Made by a program: the position numbers and the translations under genes. From the IMG/VR virus record IMGVR_UViG_3300036780_000012, positions 9,589 through 73,588 of that record: DNA of 64,000 bases. The stretch is one strand, 5' to 3'. The notes under the pieces are model-generated. The model saw only the letters and a list, made by a program, of their open reading frames with translations, searched no databases and had not been told where the DNA came from. The stretch's first letter is position 1. The number at the start of each line of letters is the position of its first letter. This stretch comes from a virus. Shown here piece after piece: positions 9,280 through 19,238 of the stretch.

Positions 9280-10091
9280 GCTGCTGCAATCTCCTTGTAT
9301 CGCGTTAATTGCCTGACTTGCGATAGCGTCATCTGCTGAATGCGACCAGCCCTGTATACTCTGTGCGGCCAAGTCAGATGTTCTAGGCGCACAACTGGAG
9401 CAGGCCCACATCTGCAATTCCAGATTCCACCAGCCTGGTAATGCCCCACAGGTTTCTCGCCTACTAATGTCTCGGGAGACGGCGGATCATCCCAGAAGAT
9501 AAGTACGCTTTGCATCTTGCGGTGACTCCGTCGGACTCGCTCATCTTGACTTGTTTCCCACTCGTAAATTGGTAATCCTAAATTCTCGCTTCGCGCCTCG
9601 ATCAACGCCGTATTGCTCTTACTGATCTCTGTTCTCGCTAGCCGCATTGCGCTGGAGCGGACGAGTCGCGCTAAAGGCTCCCTCCCAGAAAGTTCCTTAG
9701 CACGTCCGCCCGCCGCTCCATGTGCCGCTGCCATCGCCGCCACCTGCGCAGCAACGCTCTTAGGTAAAGTCGTAATCAACTGCGCATTCTCTTGTATCAG
9801 TGAGCGCACCCGCTGCCCCACAGGGCCTTTTAGCTCCTTTTGCAGCGCTGAGTACATGAAACGGCTTCTGCCGCTCTGCGCCGCCGCCTCGCGCCAGGAT
9901 CGCGCCTGCCCAAAATACAATCCCGTAATCATCCGAGTTGCGGCTTGCTGCGCATATCGGGTAAAGAATTCTGCACTGCCTATGATCTGAGTACCGAGAG
10001 CGTAACTCTCTTTAATCAGTTTGAACCATAACTGAGTGAGGTTCGAGGCATAGTCGTACTCCGCTCGGCGTCGAGGAGCCCAGTTAATCAT
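9276..10091 (-). CDS. minor head protein, Mu gpF / SPP1 gp7-like
   Basis: LARTE.SK, Y.W.TSQDERVR.SH, G..WNCRC motifs. Confidence 0.9.
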   Translation of the reverse strand: MINWAPRRRAEYDYASNLTQLWFKLIKESYALGTQIIGSAEFFTRYAQQAATRMITGLYFGQARSWREAAAQSGRSRFMYSALQKELKGPVGQRVRSLIQENAQLITTLPKSVAAQVAAMAAAHGAAGGRAKELSGREPLARLVRSSAMRLARTEISKSNTALIEARSENLGLPIYEWETSQDERVRRSHRKMQSVLIFWDDPPSPETLVGEKPVGHYQAGGIWNCRCGPAPVVRLEHLTWPHRVYRAGRIQQMTLSQVRQLTRYKEIAAA

Positions 10092-10191
10092 AGGGGAAAC
10101 ATACTCGGCAGGCAGTAACTCATCCCGATTACAAAGAACACCGCCAACATCACGCCTACAAACACCGCTAGTACGATCAAGGCGAACTCTC

Positions 10192-10392
10192 TCACGCCAT
10201 CAGTCCAGTAGGTAAGGGAATCTGAGTCACTATAACGCTAACCGCGAATAGCAATGTCTTGAGCGCACACTGCGGATTCTCGCAGTACCATCCGCTATCG
10301 TTATCGGTAAGCATCCAACCGCAAGTACAGAACAGATTCAATTGTGCTTTAAATCCCGTACCAGAAGCGCAATGGACAATGTCTTGACTCAC
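10192..10392 (-). CDS. small Cys-rich (zinc-ribbon-like) protein
   Basis: CTCG ... CENPQC. Confidence 0.45.
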   Translation of the reverse strand: MSQDIVHCASGTGFKAQLNLFCTCGWMLTDNDSGWYCENPQCALKTLLFAVSVIVTQIPLPTGLMA

Positions 10393-10751
10393 GCTCCGCG
10401 CATCCTAGTGGCGACGGCATAATTAAATCCGCGATTCCCGTATGGACCAATACTTTGCACGCGCCATCGCTGCCCGCCATAAAGCAGTATGTCGCTTATT
10501 ACCCCTCGCTGCTCGCTAGTCTCATAGATCGTGGTTGATGTTATAAACATACGAGCTCCATGAACGCGATCAGCTTCGGGAATCATCTCCAGGTAAATGT
10601 CTTGAGCCACGGTAACGATGCCATATGCCTGAATATTTTGCGGGGTATTTGCCAACAAGCCACCGACACCGAATGCCACAGTAGTACGCAGGATAGTAAA
10701 TGCCTGCGCTATATCTGGGTTTGTTACTGAATCTAGGAGAGCGGAGATCAT
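10389..10751 (-). CDS. head closure / head-tail joining protein
   Basis: L..IPEADR..G, SD.L.Y.G..WRV, Y...GF..A.A.R motifs. Confidence 0.7.
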   Translation of the reverse strand: MISALLDSVTNPDIAQAFTILRTTVAFGVGGLLANTPQNIQAYGIVTVAQDIYLEMIPEADRVHGARMFITSTTIYETSEQRGVISDILLYGGQRWRVQSIGPYGNRGFNYAVATRMRGA

Positions 10752-11251
10752 CAGCCTTGTGCGTAAACAATCACGTAGTCTTGTATCGGAGTAGTGCCGC
10801 CGTCCAAGTAGCAGAGCGCATTCGCTGCTGGTACGGTTCCGAGAAAGAAGCCTGTAGTATTCACTAACGTGTTGGCCGTCGTAGTTATGGCCGGCAAGAA
10901 TACATGCTGCCCCGTTCCGCAGTTAGTGCCAGTCCCATAGACCAAACTGAAAGTGGGTGTAGTACCGCTAACTCCTACGACTGTTACCTTGCAAACATAG
11001 ATTGGTGTTCCTGAGGGAACGGCTATCAACTGTACCGCCGCTGTTCCAGCAGTAGCACCTAGTAGCGTAGTAGTAGTCTTAGATTGGTCGCAGGAATTGT
11101 AAGACTGCTGGGCGTGGACGATATAGGGCTTAGTCTTGTTATCGTGTAGATTTATTAGAACTGCGAGCGCTACTATTCCCGTAAACACTGTAAGAGGAAA
11201 CCAGAATAACCGTACAGTGGTTTTTGCTACTTCTATAATCTTCTTCATCAT
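10751..11251 (-). CDS. membrane-anchored/exported beta-rich protein with Cys pairs
   Basis: Basic N-terminus, hydrophobic helix, VHA-QQ possible cleavage site; four Cys; Thr/Gly-rich. Confidence 0.6.
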   Translation of the reverse strand: MMKKIIEVAKTTVRLFWFPLTVFTGIVALAVLINLHDNKTKPYIVHAQQSYNSCDQSKTTTTLLGATAGTAAVQLIAVPSGTPIYVCKVTVVGVSGTTPTFSLVYGTGTNCGTGQHVFLPAITTTANTLVNTTGFFLGTVPAANALCYLDGGTTPIQDYVIVYAQG

Positions 11252-11261
11252 AGGAAACCCT

Positions 11262-11843
11262 CTACGCGAGAACCTGATACCAGATCGAACCAACCGCTCG
11301 ACTGACTCCGCCAAGAAGTTCGTCTACTGCCTGTTTGACTCCGAGCCAGGTCTGATTCCCATCCCAGTCGTAATCATGGCCGCAGATTATGCCTTTCGGT
11401 GCTAGCAATTGCTTCCATGCCAAAATGTCTGCTTTGACATCGCGGTACTCATGCGAGCCGTCAATAAACACCATATCGAAGGGCGCGACGTTCTGACTTA
11501 GCAGTTGACTAGCGGCACTTGTACTGCTCATGCGCATCGCAGTCAGGTTAGTTAACCCGGAGATGTTGGCGAGGAATTGCGCGTGCAGCCAGTTGCGATT
11601 CTGCCTCTTCAACATTTCCTTGTGTTCGCCGCTTCCCGACCAAGTATCAACTACAAGAACTGTTCCCGGACAATTATCGGCTAATGCCCGAGTACTGCGG
11701 CCCATCCATGAGCCAATCTCTACCACGCGGTGACTAACGGAACCCATTTCAGCCAGCCATATCATCTCCGCCTCATCCATCCAGCCCTCAATGGTTAGAG
11801 CGCGTGTGATGTTTATGCTGACTTCTGGAGTTGTTCTGGGCAT
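11262..11843 (-). CDS. class I SAM-dependent methyltransferase (Methyltransf_24-like)
   Basis: VVEIGSWMGRST, VDTW, FDMVFIDGSH.Y..V..D, GHDY motifs. Confidence 0.9.
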   Translation of the reverse strand: MPRTTPEVSINITRALTIEGWMDEAEMIWLAEMGSVSHRVVEIGSWMGRSTRALADNCPGTVLVVDTWSGSGEHKEMLKRQNRNWLHAQFLANISGLTNLTAMRMSSTSAASQLLSQNVAPFDMVFIDGSHEYRDVKADILAWKQLLAPKGIICGHDYDWDGNQTWLGVKQAVDELLGGVSRAVGSIWYQVLA

Positions 11844-12487
11844 CTTCCGTTGAACGGAACAGTGAATACTTCTTTGCCGTTATCGCCACCCCATTTAGCT
11901 CGGTAGTATGCCGCGTGCAGGGGATAAACGATGCTGTTGAGGAATCGCAATTTAGGGTCGGCTTTGAGTGTTTGGCTAGGTTCATGCTTGACAGGTAGGC
12001 CGGAGTCCAACGTTAGGTAACTGGCAAGGCGCAAGCGACGATAGTAATCACAGTCTGAGAGATACCAAGGCAGATTTACGTCCCATGGACCAACTGCCAT
12101 ACATGCCTTGACATTCAATGCTACAAGGGCATCGTAGGCAGTAAAAATGCATCCCCAAATACCACCTATATCATTCTCAGTGTCATCTGCGACTCGGCAT
12201 TGTCGAAGAAGTTCATCTCCGTGCCCCTTTAAGGCTTCGGCATCGGAGTGCATAAAGAGACAATACTTTCGCTTCCATTCCTTCGCCATTTGCAAACCGA
12301 AGTTCATAGTCTGAGCAAACGTTAATGGACTGCGCGGATGTATGAACCCACTTAAGCCCCGAGGAAGCCCACAGCCTTCTTCTGAATTGTCTATGACGGA
12401 CGGTCCCAATTGTTGCACAGAAATACACGCCCGTTTCAGTAAATCAGGTCGGTTGACATAGGGAATGAATAGACAGTAATCCTTCAT
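11813..12487 (-). CDS. GT-A fold (GT2-like) glycosyltransferase
   Basis: IPYVNRPDLL, VIDNS, HSDA, GPWD...WY.SD.DY..RL motifs. Confidence 0.8.
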   Translation of the reverse strand: MKDYCLFIPYVNRPDLLKRACISVQQLGPSVIDNSEEGCGLPRGLSGFIHPRSPLTFAQTMNFGLQMAKEWKRKYCLFMHSDAEALKGHGDELLRQCRVADDTENDIGGIWGCIFTAYDALVALNVKACMAVGPWDVNLPWYLSDCDYYRRLRLASYLTLDSGLPVKHEPSQTLKADPKLRFLNSIVYPLHAAYYRAKWGGDNGKEVFTVPFNGRCPEQLQKSA

Positions 12488-13650
12488 GCTGCTACCAAAC
12501 TTTCTTTCGAGGGGGATTGAACTGGCTTAACGCCATCTTCCAACCAAGAGCGCCAGCGAGTCCAGACGTTTCTCCAGTCGAGTTCCTCGGGGAGTTCCCC
12601 GCGTATCCCAATAGAAGTCTCAATTTGCGTAGTCCAATTTTGGACTGAGAATACCGGACGGGAAGCGCCATAAATTCCATCGCTACGCAGAGCGATAGGT
12701 TCGACTAACTGCCATGGTCGCATCCATTCCGCCGCCCCGCCATAGTTACCATGCACACATGGCGTTCCGCACGCTAGTGACTCGAATATCGGATAACCGA
12801 ATCCCTCACCGGACCCGATACCAAGCGTTACATCACAGGCAGAGTAGTTCTCCGCCATCGCTTCATCCGAAAGCATTCCAGTAGTAACGCGCGCTTGCTG
12901 GATACCGAAGTCTTGAAGCAATCCGGGTATATCCCACTCACGAACGAGCGTATCTGTATGCAGCCAGAGTTCTATGTTTTTAGACTTCGCTAACTCCGCA
13001 CAAGTCGCTATCCCTAGTCCCCAATCCTTACGCCGCTGATTCGTTGCGACAATTCCAATCCGTAGAGCTTCGGATGGCTTCCGTTCGCGGGGATAGAACA
13101 CCGATGTATCAATGCCATGCGGTAACGCTTCGAACTCGCATCCATCAAAGGTACGGCTTAGTATCTTCGCGGCCCACTCCGAGTACGCTAGAACGCGGTC
13201 ATAGCCTTCAATCGTTGCTTTCAGCACGCTTCCGAGTTTATCGTTCGGGCCAGTCGCATCTATTGGCAGATAGCCCCACTTCTTAAATAGTTTGCGCTCT
13301 AGAAATGACTTCACGTACGGATCGGGGCAATACTCCGGCCTTGTAAACCAGAGCAATCGACTGACATCCCAAACAGTAAGCACTATGCCTTGCTGATCTC
13401 CTGCGAAGTCTTCCCAAACACTTGGCAGCGTTCGAGCCACCCAGCCCATAGAAGTATTATTGCCGAGAGACTCCATGTTGTACTGCTGAAATCCTAGTGC
13501 CTGCGAACCTGTACCATTAGCCCCGTAGGTAGCTACACGAAACTTTGGACAGTAGCGAGCAATGCGAGTAGCTAAGTCGCGGACAATGCGCCCTAGTCCA
13601 GAGGAAGCGGTTGGAGCATCACCTAACAACAGTAGTGGAATAGGTCTCAT
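12484..13650 (-). CDS. GT-B fold (GT4) glycosyltransferase
   Basis: D.PT..SGLGR, LPHGIDTSVF, NQRRKD, GEGFGYP.FESLACGTP (EX7E) motifs. Confidence 0.92.
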   Translation of the reverse strand: MRPIPLLLLGDAPTASSGLGRIVRDLATRIARYCPKFRVATYGANGTGSQALGFQQYNMESLGNNTSMGWVARTLPSVWEDFAGDQQGIVLTVWDVSRLLWFTRPEYCPDPYVKSFLERKLFKKWGYLPIDATGPNDKLGSVLKATIEGYDRVLAYSEWAAKILSRTFDGCEFEALPHGIDTSVFYPRERKPSEALRIGIVATNQRRKDWGLGIATCAELAKSKNIELWLHTDTLVREWDIPGLLQDFGIQQARVTTGMLSDEAMAENYSACDVTLGIGSGEGFGYPIFESLACGTPCVHGNYGGAAEWMRPWQLVEPIALRSDGIYGASRPVFSVQNWTTQIETSIGIRGELPEELDWRNVWTRWRSWLEDGVKPVQSPSKESLVAA

Positions 13651-13916
13651 TGCAGAATTCTACTCCCGCGAGTCAAGCGATCCTGCTCAAGCTTGATCCC
13701 AATAGCCATGCCGTACCAGACCGCTATCTCTACGGTAAGTGCCGGAGTACATCCCGGAGTTGACATGCACTGCTCGGTGACTTGCGCCAGTAGATGTAGA
13801 ACAGGACGTTCATGCGCCTGGACCTCGATACGAAGCTTATCCATAAGCGCCCGCCGCGAATCGGAGTCATCCTTGAGAAATTCAGAAATCGTGTTCGTTA
13901 CGTCGTAGGGGATCAT
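13647..13916 (-). CDS. hypothetical protein
   Basis: ORF translationally coupled within the late operon. Confidence 0.5.
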   Translation of the reverse strand: MIPYDVTNTISEFLKDDSDSRRALMDKLRIEVQAHERPVLHLLAQVTEQCMSTPGCTPALTVEIAVWYGMAIGIKLEQDRLTRGSRILQ

Positions 13917-13919
13917 AAA

Positions 13920-14438
13920 TTATTCCTGTGGATTGGGCGCATTGAATGCCCAAGGTCCAGCCCATGCGCCCATGCTACCGAATCTGCCTCCGCATCCCCC
14001 GCCTACGTATAGCGGTCCAGCACCCATGATATTGATTAGGCGCTTCAGCCGAATACCGTAAGTCGTGAAATTCCAATGTCCTGCATCCAACTCCAGCGTA
14101 GCAGCAGTATTGTAAGTCACCGTAACATTAGCCCCACTCGATGCCGCGATAGAGCCTTTAGCGATACCGGGAACTGTCTGATCACCGCCCTGCTCTGACC
14201 AAGCCTCTAGAGCTACATTGTGTGCAACGAACAATTCGCAGGCCGTGTAATACATGTTACCCCAGCGCGATTGATTCAGCATCACTACGGCCATCTGCAG
14301 CCAGTAAGCGATAGAGTCAGGCGAAATCTGTAAGGCGTTAGGGTCTGAGTTTCCGCTCGTATCGAACCTAGGATAGTCCGCAAGGAACTGCGCCGATGTA
14401 GGAGCTATGCTCGGATTCGCGATCGGACCAGAGGACAC
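13920..14438 (-). CDS. head-tail adaptor (DUF4054-like)
   Basis: F..DYP.F, L.VAH, V.V.Y, W..T.YG motifs. Confidence 0.85.
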   Translation of the reverse strand: MSSGPIANPSIAPTSAQFLADYPRFDTSGNSDPNALQISPDSIAYWLQMAVVMLNQSRWGNMYYTACELFVAHNVALEAWSEQGGDQTVPGIAKGSIAASSGANVTVTYNTAATLELDAGHWNFTTYGIRLKRLINIMGAGPLYVGGGCGGRFGSMGAWAGPWAFNAPNPQE

Positions 14439-14439
14439 T

Positions 14440-15261
14440 TTAACTCAATCCTGTACTACCTTCAGCGATCTTGTTCCCGATGTTTCTACCTTTAGCGACG
14501 GCTTCACCGATACCGATAGCATCTGTCTGATGTTCTCCTATTTCCATAGCCTCGGAACCTTCTACCAAGTCATCCTTCGCCTTCTTGTGCTCTGACTCCT
14601 CTTTTTCTTCTTCCGCCCACTTCTCGAAGCTTTCATCACCGGGTCCTTGTTTACGGAAATGAGCACCAATATTTGTATTTATAGCTTTATTGACTTTCCC
14701 CGATCCTGGCTGTCCTGCACTACTCGGTTCATGTTTCTTTTGATAACTTTCGGCATAGCGCGATACGGCACGAAGATTAACACCTTTTTGTGATTTTCTG
14801 GCTAGCCTCTCTTCTGGGGTCGAATCATTTTCGGCGTCTTCCGCAATAGCGCTCGGCATTGCTCCCGAAGTCAAAGGTTCTGTTCCCGGTATTCCTCCAT
14901 GTTCGCGGGATGTGAGATTATCGCTTCTGCTATCAGGCGGAGAACTCTGAGTTGGCTGAACCTCATCTCCAACCCCAGCACCATGCCATGTCTTGATACT
15001 GGCGGGACCGACACGAGTACCAGCAAGCATAGGCGCTGCCTCTTCGCGCGGGGCTGGACCAAGATTGCCCCAATAACTTTCATTCTTCTTATTCACTTCC
15101 GATGCCGTCATAGCCGTTTCCGCATCCTTGGCTTTTCCACCTTGAGGATGAGCGGTATGCAAAGCGGCAGCTACTGCCTGCTTCGCAGGGTGACCATGCT
15201 CGACCATTTCGTGAATGTTCTTACTTATTGTTGCGGGACTTGTTCCCTTTACGAGAGGCAT
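14440..15261 (-). CDS. putative internal head protein, low complexity
   Basis: N-terminal MPLVKG.S...IS.NI.E....G.P.KQAVA.A motif common in phage head regions; repeated xxD motifs. Confidence 0.6.
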   Translation of the reverse strand: MPLVKGTSPATISKNIHEMVEHGHPAKQAVAAALHTAHPQGGKAKDAETAMTASEVNKKNESYWGNLGPAPREEAAPMLAGTRVGPASIKTWHGAGVGDEVQPTQSSPPDSRSDNLTSREHGGIPGTEPLTSGAMPSAIAEDAENDSTPEERLARKSQKGVNLRAVSRYAESYQKKHEPSSAGQPGSGKVNKAINTNIGAHFRKQGPGDESFEKWAEEEKEESEHKKAKDDLVEGSEAMEIGEHQTDAIGIGEAVAKGRNIGNKIAEGSTGLS

Positions 15262-15814
15262 TGGAATCCTCTTTCCTGATCTCAGTCTGAAGATTTTCCT
15301 CGAACTCTTCTGGCACTTCAGTTTCGTCCTCAACTGGCGCAGCCGTTCTTGAATCTAACTCTTTCGGCTTCCAGTCGGTAACTTCCGCATGAAACTTAGC
15401 CCGCGCCATCGGGTCTAGCTGCTTTACGAACTCAACCGCCGCTTCCACGCTACTAATCTGCACGCCTTGCGACTGCAGGAACTTCACATGCTTATCGGTT
15501 AAGCCCAGCGTATCGGGAGCAGTCTTTTGATATACCGTCACTCCATTCTTTTTCAGGTGCGAATGATACTGAAGGCTAACCGGCACGGCTTGCGTCCCAG
15601 CCTGAAATACAACTAGGCCACCGTAATTGTCGAGGTTGAGCGCGACTTTATGCGGGAACCTCATCATCACGGTAGGTTCATCAGCTAGAACTGGCGGGAT
15701 AATCGTTCTATCAGTTCTTGTTGAGTTAGGTGTATATTGCCCCAGCGTAAGACTATTCGGACGTGGGGGAGGATCAACGGAAGTCATTAGGGGAATCGTT
15801 TCTTGCGGTGACAT
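15221..15814 (-). CDS. hypothetical head-associated protein
   Basis: ORF after capsid with SD (AGGAG). Confidence 0.55.
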   Translation of the reverse strand: MSPQETIPLMTSVDPPPRPNSLTLGQYTPNSTRTDRTIIPPVLADEPTVMMRFPHKVALNLDNYGGLVVFQAGTQAVPVSLQYHSHLKKNGVTVYQKTAPDTLGLTDKHVKFLQSQGVQISSVEAAVEFVKQLDPMARAKFHAEVTDWKPKELDSRTAAPVEDETEVPEEFEENLQTEIRKEDSNASRKGNKSRNNK

Positions 15815-15840
15815 GATCGGTACTCCTTTTGGTTAATTAT

Positions 15841-15866
15841 AACAAGAGCGCGGTGGCTCGCGCTCT
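15841..15866 (-). terminator. hairpin after major capsid gene
   Basis: 8-bp stem AGAGCGCG/CGCGCTCT, 6-nt loop, followed by UGUU on minus strand (weak U-tract). Confidence 0.5.
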
Positions 15867-17077
15867 CACGACAATCCGCTAGCATACCCAAGGGTCTCGG
15901 GGTACACAATCTCCAACGCTCCAAGACGCGCGAAGTACGTTGTCTTATGGTACATCCCATCATACTGCACCGGAGTCCGTTGCAGCATAGTCATGGGATA
16001 ACGAACGCGCTTCTTGTCCTTGGTATAGGCGCACATAATATCGTACCCAGCGCCCCCGGTTCCAATAGTCCCGCCTGACGCTACGCCCTGACACCATTTA
16101 CAGGGGAAGATAGTTAACTTGCCACGCCCTGAAGTAGTCAGGATATTGTTTTCCTGAATGTACTTCAGGATGCTGACGTTACCGGCCGTGGAGATAATCG
16201 ACGTGCTGATTAACCCAAAAGCAGTAGGCGGAATCAGCAAGCGATCCGGAACTACAGCCCATGCCGAGTTGGCCCAGACCGAAGTCAGCAAGGTATTGAC
16301 ATCTGTAGCGACAGCAACGTAATTGCCTGCCGCAATCTTGCTGGCCCAAGTCGTATTGCTGCTCACGGTAGCCACAGGAGCGTTATAGCCTACCTCCTGT
16401 ACTCCCGCCGTTGTATTAAGTAGCCCTGTAATCAGCGGAGTGCTCGTCTGCAGCGGATTACGCAGCGTGGTATCGCCGACGTATACTTGCTCGTCGATAT
16501 CCATCTGGTGTTTGAGTTGCAGCCCTTCATACTTCTGCTGGTCTATCGGACGACCGAGCCTCGCTGCTGACTCCAGTTCCATAATCGTGTACTTCAGTTC
16601 AATCGCCCATGGAGTGAGCGGATTAGGAATCTTCGCAATATCTACGTCAATTCCGGTGATTTGATCCGTATTCTTGCCCATCCAAGCCTTGCCGTTTCCG
16701 ATGGTCTGACCCGCGCCAAGTCCGCCAGCGGATGCATAGGTAGAGATAGTGTAACTGCTGATTTCATCGGCTATCGTGACATCTTCCCGCAAATCAATGT
16801 CTCGACCCCAAGTTACCGAAGCCAATGGATCATGCAAAGTTTGATCCAATCGCTCCAATTCCCCTACCAAGAACGCACCGGTTGAATCAACCGTGCGCCC
16901 ATCGTGGGTAGTCTCGACGCGCTTCAGTTTCTTGCCAGGCGCATCGCCTTCGCCCGATTGCACCAGTCTCATGGCATCATCGAACGTCATCATTGCATCG
17001 CGCGTCCGACCAGCCACGATCTTACGGTTACCTAGATTTGGCAGGTACGGACTGTGAATCGCTTCCGAGTTCGTCAT
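15866..17077 (-). CDS. major capsid protein (DUF2184-like, HK97 fold)
   Basis: DS.GAFL.GELERLD..L..PL...TW.RDI, Y...ELE.A...GRPID.QK, GLLN, PD.LL.PP, YP.T..Y motifs. Confidence 0.93.
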   Translation of the reverse strand: MTNSEAIHSPYLPNLGNRKIVAGRTRDAMMTFDDAMRLVQSGEGDAPGKKLKRVETTHDGRTVDSTGAFLVGELERLDQTLHDPLASVTWGRDIDLREDVTIADEISSYTISTYASAGGLGAGQTIGNGKAWMGKNTDQITGIDVDIAKIPNPLTPWAIELKYTIMELESAARLGRPIDQQKYEGLQLKHQMDIDEQVYVGDTTLRNPLQTSTPLITGLLNTTAGVQEVGYNAPVATVSSNTTWASKIAAGNYVAVATDVNTLLTSVWANSAWAVVPDRLLIPPTAFGLISTSIISTAGNVSILKYIQENNILTTSGRGKLTIFPCKWCQGVASGGTIGTGGAGYDIMCAYTKDKKRVRYPMTMLQRTPVQYDGMYHKTTYFARLGALEIVYPETLGYASGLS

Positions 17078-17126
17078 AGTCTATTGATTCTCCTTTACTG
17101 AATGTTGTTACTCAGTCCGCACTACC

Positions 17127-17795
17127 TTATGCATGGAAAATTAACTCTCCAACGTAGTTCGCATCCCAGCCGCCTTGATAAACAGTCCGCGGGACAGTAC
17201 CTACCTGAATCACTGAGCCCGAGTCAGTAGCTTCCCAGAGCCCTTGAACATGAGCGCCGGAAGTAACTGCCGTCCAGATGAAGGCTGGTCCGCCCTTTAC
17301 CGGAGCATTGTCCACATTATTGAATGGGATGGAGATGTACCCAAACTTCAGTACATCCATCAGACCACCAGTCGGAGGGGTAGCCGAGCCAATTGTCGCC
17401 GATAACGGCAGCGTGCCAGTGGTTTGAGAGATTGGATATGGACGTACAGTGATACCGTATACGTCCGTCAGCCCCGAGTCGCCAGCAACTAGCGGACGAA
17501 CGCCCTCAGTCGTAGGATCGATGACTACACCCTGTCCGTAATACAGCGGAGGAGCAGTAGAGTCAATCAATACGGGTTCAATCGACGCAGGATGAGTCCG
17601 GTTAACTGCTCCGGCAAATCCAGCAAGCATACGAAAGTCAATCGCAATATCGCGAGTTCTTCCCGCATCCTTCATGCGCCGATCCCTTGCAATAGCCGCA
17701 TAGCGCTTTAAGCCTAGCGGCGACTGCTCCAAGCAATCCGGGTCATAATGGTGGCGGCCCGTAGCCAGTAATTCTTTTAGCTCGTTCCACTTCAT
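17127..17795 (-). CDS. capsid decoration/cement protein
   Basis: RM.AGFAGAV.R, YGI.VRPYP, GY motifs; lies between protease and capsid genes. Confidence 0.75.
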   Translation of the reverse strand: MKWNELKELLATGRHHYDPDCLEQSPLGLKRYAAIARDRRMKDAGRTRDIAIDFRMLAGFAGAVNRTHPASIEPVLIDSTAPPLYYGQGVVIDPTTEGVRPLVAGDSGLTDVYGITVRPYPISQTTGTLPLSATIGSATPPTGGLMDVLKFGYISIPFNNVDNAPVKGGPAFIWTAVTSGAHVQGLWEATDSGSVIQVGTVPRTVYQGGWDANYVGELIFHA

Positions 17796-17834
17796 AATCT
17801 AATTCTCCTCTCGAACAATTTTTACTACGGGTCG

Positions 17835-19238
17835 TTACTTGTACATCTCTGCCAAACGCTTATTCATGTCGGCAGGCGTCTTGATCTTGCCTACCGCACC
17901 AGAGCCACCACCGCTGGCTGTATTACGGTCCTCCGTGGAGTTGCTTCGGGTATTGTTCAGCATCCGCTTATAGCCGCCAACGGAACGGAATACAGTACGT
18001 ACTTCGTCGCACGTCATGCGCTTCATATCGCGGCTACTGAGTACTCCATCCATGTAGGACTTCAACTCTGGTTGTGTATGGGCCAGTTCAAGGACACCGC
18101 GACGGAACTGGCAAACCGCGTCTAGAGTCTTGCGCGGAGCAGCTTTAGCATCGAACGTTGGAGCTTGGTAGCCAGGAGTAATGATCTCAGCCAGACTCAC
18201 GGTTTCCTGCCAACTATCTACGAAGTAAGCCGAGTCCTTGGCTTTCTTAGCCTCATCACCCGTTCCCGGAGGTGCTTCCATCTCCAGCGAGCCTTCGATG
18301 GCCGTATTGTCCTTGGTCTTCTCTTCTTCCTCTTCCTCTTCTTTTTTCTTCTTTTCGAACTCATCTTTCATTGACTTAACATCTTTGCCGATGGTGTCAA
18401 CGGCATCCTCGACCTTCTTCATGCGGGCATCGAGAGCGCGATCCTTCATCTTCGCGTCTTTGCATTTAGCGCAATCGCAGTCCTCTTTGTGCTCGGCATC
18501 CCGAGTCATGCTTGAAATAGTTCTAAGCTGCTCCGTAGTTAGAGCAACCGTATCTCCCTTCGGGGCTTCGGCTAGAGCGGCATTTAAGGCCGCCTCGTCC
18601 TTACCCGCGAAAGCGGCTTTCACTTTATCAATCCAGCTCATAGCACAATCCTCCGTGTTTATAGTTTTTTTGTCACCAATTGCACAACGCGGACCGCAAC
18701 GTCCGTTTTCTACCAAAGCCACATGATTCCCAATGATATTGAATTGCCGATAACGGGCAGGTCCTGTCTTCTCATACTTCGCCTGATATCCACAACTGAC
18801 TTCGCGCAAACCATCGCGCACCGCTTCAATATCGTCTTTATTAGTGATTAAGAGATCGGCTATCGCTACATCGTCTTGCGCTGCTTCTCCGCGCCTCACT
18901 CTCAATACGACACCTGAGGCTAATCGACGCCAATTATCCGGAGTAACATCATCATCCGGATGCGAGTTAACGACAGGCTTACCTTCAAAGCTAGCAAGGG
19001 TTTCGGGACGGAATACATCCTCTGCCGAGCGGTCTACATAGGAAATGCCATCGAGTCCGGTTTCTAGTGGTTGCACTTCGCCGTCAATCTCGGTATAGAC
19101 CTCGCCGGGACCATAGAGCATCTGTCCCGTGCGATAGATTGGCGTATTCTCACATAACAGGAATCCCTCGGGTGTAAGCGATTGCTTCTGCCCAAGACGC
19201 TCCCGTATGAAGTACGTTTGCTTTTGACCGACGATCAT
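17835..19238 (-). CDS. prohead protease-scaffold (DUF2213-like)
   Basis: TPEGFL.C...PI.RTG...Y, VF..ET.ASFEGKPV...HP, EVSCGY, NHVALV..GRCG..CAIGD; charged scaffold C-terminus. Confidence 0.92.
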   Translation of the reverse strand: MIVGQKQTYFIRERLGQKQSLTPEGFLLCENTPIYRTGQMLYGPGEVYTEIDGEVQPLETGLDGISYVDRSAEDVFRPETLASFEGKPVVNSHPDDDVTPDNWRRLASGVVLRVRRGEAAQDDVAIADLLITNKDDIEAVRDGLREVSCGYQAKYEKTGPARYRQFNIIGNHVALVENGRCGPRCAIGDKKTINTEDCAMSWIDKVKAAFAGKDEAALNAALAEAPKGDTVALTTEQLRTISSMTRDAEHKEDCDCAKCKDAKMKDRALDARMKKVEDAVDTIGKDVKSMKDEFEKKKKEEEEEEEKTKDNTAIEGSLEMEAPPGTGDEAKKAKDSAYFVDSWQETVSLAEIITPGYQAPTFDAKAAPRKTLDAVCQFRRGVLELAHTQPELKSYMDGVLSSRDMKRMTCDEVRTVFRSVGGYKRMLNNTRSNSTEDRNTASGGGSGAVGKIKTPADMNKRLAEMYK

